Below are positions 10,538-17,301 of a stretch of DNA of 44,274 bases, one piece after another. Under the pieces are notes generated by a model. The model searched no databases and had not been told where the DNA came from. It saw only the letters and a program-made list of their open reading frames with translations. Each line of letters opens with the position of its first letter. The stretch's first letter is position 1. The stretch lies in assembly GCA_013694835.1 (NCBI GenBank), contig JACDBP010000319.1:1-44274 (forward strand). Direction: 5' to 3'. This DNA comes from Chloroflexota bacterium. Its GTDB lineage: Bacteria > Chloroflexota > Limnocylindria > Limnocylindrales > CSP1-4. The translations under genes were made by a program, and so were the position numbers.

Positions 10538-10725
10538 CTTGGGAGTCTAGCCTTCGTCACGGGTGACGCCTGATGCGTGCGGTGCTCCCTGAGCTCCTCG
10601 CTCACGCACTATCAGTGCTCTCGCCCCGCTGCTAGGTGGCGCCTTCGCCTCGGTCGCATCGCGACGGTCTGAAGTCGGATGATCGAGACGGCGGACCCGG
10701 CTTCCGCGGCCGGTGGTGCCGACGG

Positions 10726-10938
10726 TCAGGCGCGAACGGCGCGCTCGAGGCGCTTCTGGAACCGTTCCACCTGGCCCGCGGTGTCCACGATGGTCTGCTT
10801 GCCGGTATAGAACGGGTGGCAGTTAGAGCACACGTCGACGCGGAGCTCCTGAGTCGTGGAGCCGACCTCGAAGTCGGTGCCACACGAGCCGCAGTGCACC
10901 TTGGCCTGGTGATATCGGGGATGGATCTGTTGCTTCAT
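10726..10938 (-). CDS. rpmE: 50S ribosomal protein L31 (Zn-ribbon type)
   Basis: Starts at the internal ATG (10938) of track ORF 10726..11052. The product begins MKQQIHPRYHQAKVHCGSCGTDFEVGSTTQELRVDVCSNCHPFYTGKQ. Confidence 0.95.
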   Translation of the reverse strand: MKQQIHPRYHQAKVHCGSCGTDFEVGSTTQELRVDVCSNCHPFYTGKQTIVDTAGQVERFQKRLERAVRA

Positions 10939-10963
10939 GGGGATCCCTTCGGTCCGCGTAAAC

Positions 10964-11248
10964 TCAGGCGCTTGCGGCCGTGGCGGCCTCGATCGTCTCC
11001 GCGGCGACGCGGATGCGCTTCTTGTCTTTGGTCTGGTGCTCGAAATGGACACGGCCGGTCACGGTCGCGAAGACCGTGTAGTCGCGGCCGAGGCCCGTTC
11101 CCTGCCCAGCGATGAAGGTCATGCCGCGCTGACGGACGATGATCGAGCCGGCGCTCACCAGCTGGCCGTCGCCCACCTTCACGCCGAGTCGCTGGCCGAC
11201 GCTGTCGCGGCCGTTCTTCGAGCTTGAGCCCGCCTTCTTGTGTGCCAT
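10964..11248 (-). CDS. rpmA: 50S ribosomal protein L27
   Basis: The product begins [42 protein letters not shown], an unmistakable L27 N-terminus. Confidence 0.97.
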   Translation of the reverse strand: MAHKKAGSSSKNGRDSVGQRLGVKVGDGQLVSAGSIIVRQRGMTFIAGQGTGLGRDYTVFATVTGRVHFEHQTKDKKRIRVAAETIEAATAASA

Positions 11249-11253
11249 CTCGG

Positions 11254-11961
11254 CTACTCGTCCTTCTTCGTGGTCCGGCGCTTCTTGGCGCCCTCCTCGG
11301 GCGCCGGTGGTGCCTGGGTGCGGGACGCCGGCGCGCGCGGGGTCGCCTTGGTCGACGGGCTCGACTTGCTCGTCTTGCTCGTCGATGCGGTCGACTTGCT
11401 CGTCGATGCGGTCGACTTGGCCCGGCCTTTGGACCTCGTCCCGGATCTTGCGGTGTCAACGGCTCCTGTCCCGGTCGCAGCCGTCGCGGCGCCGGCGTCG
11501 GTACCGGACTCGGAGTCGGCCTCCGCAGCCAGCTTCGCAGCGAGGTCCTTGTCCGCGGCGGCGCGCTTGGCGGCTTCGCGGTCAGCCTCTGCAGCGGCGC
11601 GTCGCTCCGCGTCTTTCGTTGCCTGGGCGTCGGCTGCCGCGCTGCGGCCCCCCCAGGAGATGTCGGCGATCCGCAGGATGGTCAGGTCCTGACGGTGGCC
11701 CTGCTTGACGCGGCGCCGCGTCTTGGGCCCGTACTTGAAGACGACGATCTTCTCGCCGCGGTCCAGGCGTACGACGTCCGCGGCAACGACAGCACCGGCG
11801 ACGAGCGGCCGGCCGATCTCGAGCTCCTCGCCGTCCGCGATGAGCAGGACGCGGTCCAGCTGCACGGTCTGACCCGGATCCGCGTCCATGCGATCGACCT
11901 CGAGCTGGGTGCCCAGCTCGACGCGGTACTGCTTGCCGGCCGTTTCGATGACTGCGTACAT
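11254..11961 (-). CDS. rplU: 50S ribosomal protein L21 with a C-terminal low-complexity extension of about 130 aa
   Basis: Starts at the internal ATG (11961) with AGGGGA upstream. The product begins [17 protein letters not shown] and contains [28 protein letters not shown]. The L21 core is followed by an Ala/Lys/Ser/Thr-rich tail running to the stop at 11254. Confidence 0.9.
   Translation of the reverse strand: MYAVIETAGKQYRVELGTQLEVDRMDADPGQTVQLDRVLLIADGEELEIGRPLVAGAVVAADVVRLDRGEKIVVFKYGPKTRRRVKQGHRQDLTILRIADISWGGRSAAADAQATKDAERRAAAEADREAAKRAAADKDLAAKLAAEADSESGTDAGAATAATGTGAVDTARSGTRSKGRAKSTASTSKSTASTSKTSKSSPSTKATPRAPASRTQAPPAPEEGAKKRRTTKKDE
11378..11419. repeat. Perfect 21-bp x2 tandem repeat inside the rplU tail
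   Basis: The unit ctcgtcgatgcggtcgacttg occurs at 11378-11398 and again at 11399-11419. It encodes the [14 protein letters not shown] duplication, and a degenerate third copy lies just upstream on the plus strand. Confidence 0.9.
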
Positions 11962-12063
11962 GGTCCCCTGGCGGTGCAGACGCGCGAAAGCGCACGGGTG
12001 ATGGATCTGACTGGAGTCGTGCGCGCGCTGACCACAGTGGTCGGGCCGCAGCACGAACGGGGA

Positions 12064-12091
12064 TGGTACCCGTTCCGGAGTCGAACCGCAA
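12064..12091 (-). other. tRNA-like T-arm / 3'-acceptor fragment (not an intact tRNA)
   Basis: The minus strand reads TTGCGG-TTCGACT-CCGGAA-CGGGTACCA. That is a canonical T-loop heptamer flanked by a 5-6 bp stem (one G.G mismatch) and ending in CCA. I found no matching 5' acceptor strand, D-arm or anticodon arm upstream. Confidence 0.3.
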
Positions 12092-12392
12092 CGAGCGCGG
12101 TGGCAGTCGGACGTTCAGGCCGAGCCGCTGGAGTGGTGCCATCAGCCGGGCGGACCAGGCCGCGCCGTTGGATCGTGCGGAATCTGCGCTTGGTGACTGG
12201 TACGAGCGTTCAGTCGCTGGCCCGGCCTACCGCGGTGCCCGAGATAGCAGGGGCCGGCTGCTTGCGGCCTTTCAGCTCAGCTCATCACCGCGTCGACCTG
12301 CGTTTCAGCCATCAGCTGCTGGAAGCGCACGATCCGGGTCAGGGCTCGTTCGATGCGCTGCTGCCGTCGGAGGGTCAAAGCCGTGCCACGCG

Positions 12393-13223
12393 TCAGTCGA
12401 GTGATGGCGCGACGCGTAACAGCGTGAGGTATCGCTTGACGATGCTACCGCCATACCTGGTGGCGATGAGATCGGTGATGCACGCGAAGAGGCCCCGCTG
12501 AGCCTCGGCGGCCAGTGCCCTGTGGCCCGAGTAGCTGAGCAGCAGTTCGACGTACTCAGCAGCCGTGTAACTAAGATCCCACTCGAAACGGCGCACCGAA
12601 ACAGGGCCGAATCGAGCACTCCGTTCGATCTCCTCGATCTCGGTCGCGATAGCGGCGGCGGCTGCGGGCGGGTGCAGCTCGGGGGTCCACGTGGGGTCCC
12701 AGCTCTCGTAGCACGCCTGGACGTCGTCGAAGAAGTCGGCGCTCCCACCGGCCACGTGGTGGGTGCCCAGGATGGCCAGCGATCCGCCCGGCCGAAGAGC
12801 GTCAGCCGCCTTCCCGACCCTGGTCCGCGGGTCGAGCCAATGGAAGGCGGTGGCCGAGACCACGGCATCGAACGGTTGCTCGGAGATGGACCACTCCTCG
12901 AAGTCATCGACCTCGATCGTCGCTTTCGGGAAGCCGCGAAGGTTCCGACGGGCCACCTTCGCCAGGTTCGGACCGATCTCGAGGCCGACGATCCGACAGT
13001 CGAGTTCGGCCAGGGAAACGGTGAGCTGCGCCGTACCCACGCCGATCTCCAGCACCCGAGAGCCAGGGCCGATGTGGGCCAGACGCACCAGCTCCGCGAT
13101 GGCGCTCCCCGGATAGCGGGGGCGGACCCGGTCGTAAAGCTCCGCCGCTTCGTCAAACGTCGCGCGCAGACGGTGCCGCTCGATCGCTTCAGGGCCGTCG
13201 GCAGTCACAGCGCTCTGATCCAC
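12393..13223 (-). CDS. Class I SAM-dependent methyltransferase
   Basis: A 276-aa ORF starting at GTG. It has motif I VLEIGVGTAQLT, the post-I acidic residue in IVGLEIG, and FDAVVSATAFHWL...LRPGGSLAI, typical of the Methyltransf_11/25 type. Confidence 0.85.
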   Translation of the reverse strand: MDQSAVTADGPEAIERHRLRATFDEAAELYDRVRPRYPGSAIAELVRLAHIGPGSRVLEIGVGTAQLTVSLAELDCRIVGLEIGPNLAKVARRNLRGFPKATIEVDDFEEWSISEQPFDAVVSATAFHWLDPRTRVGKAADALRPGGSLAILGTHHVAGGSADFFDDVQACYESWDPTWTPELHPPAAAAAIATEIEEIERSARFGPVSVRRFEWDLSYTAAEYVELLLSYSGHRALAAEAQRGLFACITDLIATRYGGSIVKRYLTLLRVAPSLD

Positions 13224-13403
13224 GACCCCCGTCGTTCGCCACGGGCCGGGGACGAATGGCTCGGCCGTCCAGGGCGCGGGGGCGTGGCGAGTTCCCTCCG
13301 GACCCTGCCGGGCTCACACCGATCGGGCCGGATCGCAAGGTCGATCGATGTCAAGATACCGTCGCTTGGCGCGAGGAGCACACGATCTGGTTCCTTCTAC
13401 TGG

Positions 13404-13976
13404 TCAGTCTTCGCGCAGCTCCCAATGGAAGCGCTCCGAGCGCTCCGCCGCCGACTCGAGCTGGCTGTAGGACCCGCCGTGATAGAGAAGCGGCGGCGAA
13501 TCGCGCGGGTTGAGCCAGACTCCGTGGATGAGGCCGAGGAACAGGGAATGCGAGTACACCTCGTACGACGTCTGCACTTCGCACTCGAGGTGCGCGAGGG
13601 CCTCGGACAGCCTGGGCGTGGCGTCGCTGGGCAGTCCCGTGGCCATCCAATCCTCGCGCAGGCGTTTGTCCGATCCGGGCCGGCTGCAGTAGAGCGCTAC
13701 GTTTCGTTGCCCCACCGACAGGAGGTTGACGCCGTACCTTCCCCGAGCGGTGATCTCCGCGTGGGCGCGCGACGTACGGTTGATGGCCACCAGGAGCGAT
13801 GGGGGCGAGGCCGACAACGAGCACATCGACGTCGCGGTCATGCCGCATGCTCGACCACCACCGTCGAAATACGTCACGATCACGACCGTCGTCGCGTGCC
13901 GCCTGAACGCTTGACGGAAGAGCTGGACCTCGCTCGCGGGATCCATCTCGTTTGGGTCGTCTGAGGCTTCGGGCAT
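13404..13976 (-). CDS. Flavin reductase (HpaC/Flavin_Reduct family)
   Basis: Contains FRQAFRRHATTVVIVTY...GMTATSMCSLSASPPSLLVAI and LECEV...GDHSLF-like (SHSLFLG) motifs. I preferred ATG 13976 (190 aa) over the track GTG 14036, because it leaves an 88-nt divergent promoter region with the HpaB-like gene. Confidence 0.8.
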   Translation of the reverse strand: MPEASDDPNEMDPASEVQLFRQAFRRHATTVVIVTYFDGGGRACGMTATSMCSLSASPPSLLVAINRTSRAHAEITARGRYGVNLLSVGQRNVALYCSRPGSDKRLREDWMATGLPSDATPRLSEALAHLECEVQTSYEVYSHSLFLGLIHGVWLNPRDSPPLLYHGGSYSQLESAAERSERFHWELRED

Positions 13977-14064
13977 GTCATCCGTGGGATTCGCGCGATC
14001 CAGGCCTCGGTCGGTGGTCGCGCCCGCATTGTGCACCCTGCTCGATCGTTATTGAGGCTTCAGC

Positions 14065-15492
14065 ATGCGGCGAGGCGCTGACTACATCGCAGGCATCCGG
14101 CGCGATGGCCGGACGATCCTCCTGGACGGTGAGCCCATCGACGATGTCACCACCCATCCAGGGTTCGCAGGCCCGACCCGGGTCGTAGCGTCGCTCTACG
14201 ACGACGCGATCGGCGACGCCGAGATCGCGTACGAGGACGAGGGCCGCTCCCACAGCGCGATGTGGCTTCCGCCCAGATCCGCCGAGGATCTTGAGCGGCG
14301 ACGGATGGTCCACCGTCATTGGGCGGAGGGTTGCTTCGGCCTGATGGGGCGCACGCCAGACCACGTCGCCTCCATCATCACCGCCTTCGCTGCACGGCGG
14401 GACGTCTTCGACCGTGCGGGCACTCGCTACGGCGACAATGTCGTGTCGTTCTATCGGCAGGCGCGGGACAACGACTGGTTCGTGTCCTACGCAGTCACGC
14501 CGCCACAGGTGGATCGATCGAAGCCGGCCCACCTTCAGCCCGAACCGTTCCTGTATCCGGGCGTCGCCGAAGAGCGAGACGATGGCATCGTCATCCGCGG
14601 CGCGCAGATGATCGCCACCTCGGCCGCGATCTCCGACTACCTGTTCCTGAGCTATATCGCGCCGCTGCAGCCGGGCGACGAGGACTACGCGATCTCGGTC
14701 GTCATGCCGCTGAGCGCCGAGGGCCTCCGTCTGTACCCGCGGCGTCCGTACGCCACCATCGCGACGAGCACGTTCGACTACCCCCTCTCGGCACGCTTCG
14801 ATGAATCGGACAACCTCGTCGTGTTGCGCGATGTCTTCGTGCCGTGGGAACACGTTTTCGTCCACCGCGACATCGGGCTCGTCAATCGGCAGTTCCATGA
14901 GACGGGCGCCCATGTCCTCGCCAACTACCAGGCCCTCATCCGATTCCTCGTCAAGCTCGAGTTCGTTTCGGGCCTGGCCATCGAGCTCGCTGATGCGCAT
15001 GGCCTCTCGGCGATCCCTCCGGTCCAGGCCCAGTTGGGCGGCGATATCGCCGCCTTCTGCTCAGCGCTCGAGGCGATCGTGCTCGCGGCCCAGGCCCGTC
15101 CCCAGACACGGAACGGTCTTGTCCTTCCGGCACCTTCCTTCGTCAGCGCAGGTGTCAGCCTTCAACGGCGATGGGTCGTCGACCTCATGCGCGCTCTGCG
15201 CGAGCTCGGTGGCGGGGGGTTCATCGCGATGCCATCAGCAGACAGCTACGAGGCCGCAGAGACCGCTGAAGACGTCGAGCGCTATTACCGCTCGGCCACG
15301 CTCTCGTCGCGCGACCGGGTGCAGTTGCTCAAGCTCATGTGGGACCTGGTCGGAACGGAGTTCGCGGGGCGGCAATTGCAGTACGAGATGTTCTACTCGG
15401 CTGCCCAGCACATCGCCGACCTGCAAGTCTTCAAGTCCTTCGACTGGGAGAAGGGGCGCGTGCACGTCCGTCGATCGATGCGGCCGACCTGA
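14065..15492 (+). CDS. 4-hydroxyphenylacetate 3-monooxygenase family oxygenase component (HpaB-type, two-component FADH2-dependent)
   Basis: A 475-aa ORF. The N-terminus GADYIAGIRRDGRTILLDGEPIDDVTTHPGFAGPTRVVASLYD is the typical HpaB-family start. GAGG lies 7 nt upstream of the ATG, and the gene is divergent from a flavin reductase. Confidence 0.88.
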   Translation: MRRGADYIAGIRRDGRTILLDGEPIDDVTTHPGFAGPTRVVASLYDDAIGDAEIAYEDEGRSHSAMWLPPRSAEDLERRRMVHRHWAEGCFGLMGRTPDHVASIITAFAARRDVFDRAGTRYGDNVVSFYRQARDNDWFVSYAVTPPQVDRSKPAHLQPEPFLYPGVAEERDDGIVIRGAQMIATSAAISDYLFLSYIAPLQPGDEDYAISVVMPLSAEGLRLYPRRPYATIATSTFDYPLSARFDESDNLVVLRDVFVPWEHVFVHRDIGLVNRQFHETGAHVLANYQALIRFLVKLEFVSGLAIELADAHGLSAIPPVQAQLGGDIAAFCSALEAIVLAAQARPQTRNGLVLPAPSFVSAGVSLQRRWVVDLMRALRELGGGGFIAMPSADSYEAAETAEDVERYYRSATLSSRDRVQLLKLMWDLVGTEFAGRQLQYEMFYSAAQHIADLQVFKSFDWEKGRVHVRRSMRPT

Positions 15493-15522
15493 ACCTCTCT
15501 CGAGCGGGGGGCTGGTTCGTGG

Positions 15523-17301
15523 TCATTCGATAAGGGCGGACAGTTCCCGGTCGATGAGGTCGTGGACGGCGTTCTGGGCCGCGATCGGCCGGACGGTGTG
15601 ATCGCGTGCGGGCAGGTCCTCCATCACCACGTTCGGCCAGCGGTCGATCCGGGCGATGATCCCATCGCGCTCGAGCTCATGCCGAACGGCCTCGTCGCCG
15701 GAGAAGGCGACGACGACCCTCGTCCGCGAGTCGCGGAGCTGGTCGAGGGTGCGCTCGAGCTTGACGGTCTGTGGGTCTGCCCGGCGCCGATGACGCAGGC
15801 GACCGGGGATCCGAAGCAGCCCCCGCCAGGGCTGGAGCGCCATCGCTCGTCCGATCCTCAGCAGGCGTGCAGCCTTGACCTCCCCGCGCAGGATCCGCCG
15901 CCACGAGTACGGTTGCATCGCACGCCTCGCCAGGCGTGCATCACGGTGCGCTTCGAGCGCGGGATCCCACACCAGCGCTCTAGGGTTGAGGAGCACGGCC
16001 GCGACCACGCGGTCGTCCGCGGCTGCCGTGTTGAACGCCCAGTACGCGCCCGAACACAAGCCGATCAGGACGAAGCGTTGCCCGACCCCGCGTGACTCGA
16101 GCGCATCGATGATCGCTGTCACCTGCTCGCCCAGGTCTGGTGTGTAGAACCGGCCGACGTCGACGTAAACGCCAGCGTCACCGTCAGCGTCCCCGATGCC
16201 CACGAAGTCGACCCGAAGTGTGGGCACGCGTCGGGCCGCCCATCGTCGCCCCGCTTCGACCCACATCCGGTTCGGCCCGATGCGTCGTATGGCACCGGCG
16301 TTCAGGAAGATCGCGCACAGGTCGGCCCGTGGCTCGGACCACGGCTCGGCCAGGAGCCCAACGGATCCTTCGAGGGTCCCGTCGTGGCCGATGGGTGTCT
16401 CGCGGATGCGCGATCCATCAACCAGGAAGTCGCCATGGTCACCTGTGGGCGGACCAGCAGGCTTGCGTGGTGGAGCCGATGGCGAGAGGGCGGCGGGCGC
16501 GGCCTCGAGCCATGCGTTGACCCGGCCGAACACCTCGAGCGGTGGCTGATAGTGCTCCACGTTGAAGCACATCGCCCCCCAGCCCGTACCAGACCCGACG
16601 GTCACCGCGACCCCGCCACGCTCGAGCGCCGTATGGAGGCGTCCGTCGGTCGGGATGCCATCACGCGCCATGAGCATGGCCCGTTGCAGCCCTCCGAATC
16701 CTGCCTCGCCGACCTCGATCCGCTCGATCGCCGAGATCGTCTCCGCGGAGAGAACGAAGCCGCCGACCTCGAGCCATCCGTCGGGGAGAGTCGTGTCCGC
16801 AGTGCCAGTCGCGCCGTATCCCGAACTCTGGAACTTCGCGAACGCCCGCTGCTCGCGCAGAAAGGACCGTCCGCGGGCCGGTGACGCCCACAGCACGAGA
16901 TCATCGATCGGCGCGCCATCGGCGAGCGCAAGGCTGGCGATGAGGCCCCCGAGGCCGAGCCCGATCACGGCTACCCGCGCGCCCGTTGTGTCGCGTAACC
17001 AAGTCGTGGCGGCAACGATCGCCTCCGTCCATGCCCCCAGCCGAGCCGGATCGCTCGGCGAACCGGCGCTGTCGCCGGCGCCGGGCAAGTCGATCCGCAG
17101 CGAGGGGTGGCCGGTGTCGGCCAGGTGCTCCGCCCATGCTCGCCGACTGCGATACGTCGTCACCTCATCCCACCCCCACGGCGGACAGATGAGGACGGCC
17201 GTTCCGGGTGGCATGCTCGGAGACGCCCCGTGGAAGATCCCGAACAGGGGACCGGACTCGATGTTGAGGTACATCGGGCGGGCCGACGGTACGTCGATCA
17301 A
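15523..17301 (-). CDS. Tandem alpha/beta-hydrolase-fold protein (two hydrolase-like domains in one chain)
   Basis: A 592-aa ORF. Domain 1 has the elbow VAVIGLGLGGLIA, with Gly at the nucleophile position. Domain 2 has the elbow FVLIGLCSGAYWA, with Cys at the nucleophile position, followed by AFSGDEA and PARDHTV (candidate Asp and His). TTG 17301 overlaps the upstream stop as TTGA; the alternative start is ATG 17274 (MYLNIESGPLFGIFH). Confidence 0.7.
   Translation of the reverse strand: MIDVPSARPMYLNIESGPLFGIFHGASPSMPPGTAVLICPPWGWDEVTTYRSRRAWAEHLADTGHPSLRIDLPGAGDSAGSPSDPARLGAWTEAIVAATTWLRDTTGARVAVIGLGLGGLIASLALADGAPIDDLVLWASPARGRSFLREQRAFAKFQSSGYGATGTADTTLPDGWLEVGGFVLSAETISAIERIEVGEAGFGGLQRAMLMARDGIPTDGRLHTALERGGVAVTVGSGTGWGAMCFNVEHYQPPLEVFGRVNAWLEAAPAALSPSAPPRKPAGPPTGDHGDFLVDGSRIRETPIGHDGTLEGSVGLLAEPWSEPRADLCAIFLNAGAIRRIGPNRMWVEAGRRWAARRVPTLRVDFVGIGDADGDAGVYVDVGRFYTPDLGEQVTAIIDALESRGVGQRFVLIGLCSGAYWAFNTAAADDRVVAAVLLNPRALVWDPALEAHRDARLARRAMQPYSWRRILRGEVKAARLLRIGRAMALQPWRGLLRIPGRLRHRRRADPQTVKLERTLDQLRDSRTRVVVAFSGDEAVRHELERDGIIARIDRWPNVVMEDLPARDHTVRPIAAQNAVHDLIDRELSALIE

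Noticed and set aside
12064-12160. An intact tRNA, tmRNA, RNase P RNA or SRP RNA in the rplU-upstream gap.
   Set aside because: Only a T-arm plus CCA-like 3' end is present. I found no complementary 5' acceptor strand (TACCCGT), D-arm or anticodon arm. There is no GAGGAAAGTCC (RNase P), no GGAAGCAGC domain-IV motif (SRP), no tmRNA 5' GGGG...UCGACGG, and no plausible tag ORF ending in hydrophobic residues. It is kept only as a fragment.
12063-12404. Plus-strand 113-aa ORF, the overlapping minus-strand ORF 12305..13156, and a 10-codon ATG ORF at 12312-12282.
   Set aside because: None has a Shine-Dalgarno sequence or any recognisable motif, and the composition is Arg/Ser/Ala/Gly-rich. ORF 12305..13156 is an alternate frame of the methyltransferase gene. 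These are most likely non-coding.
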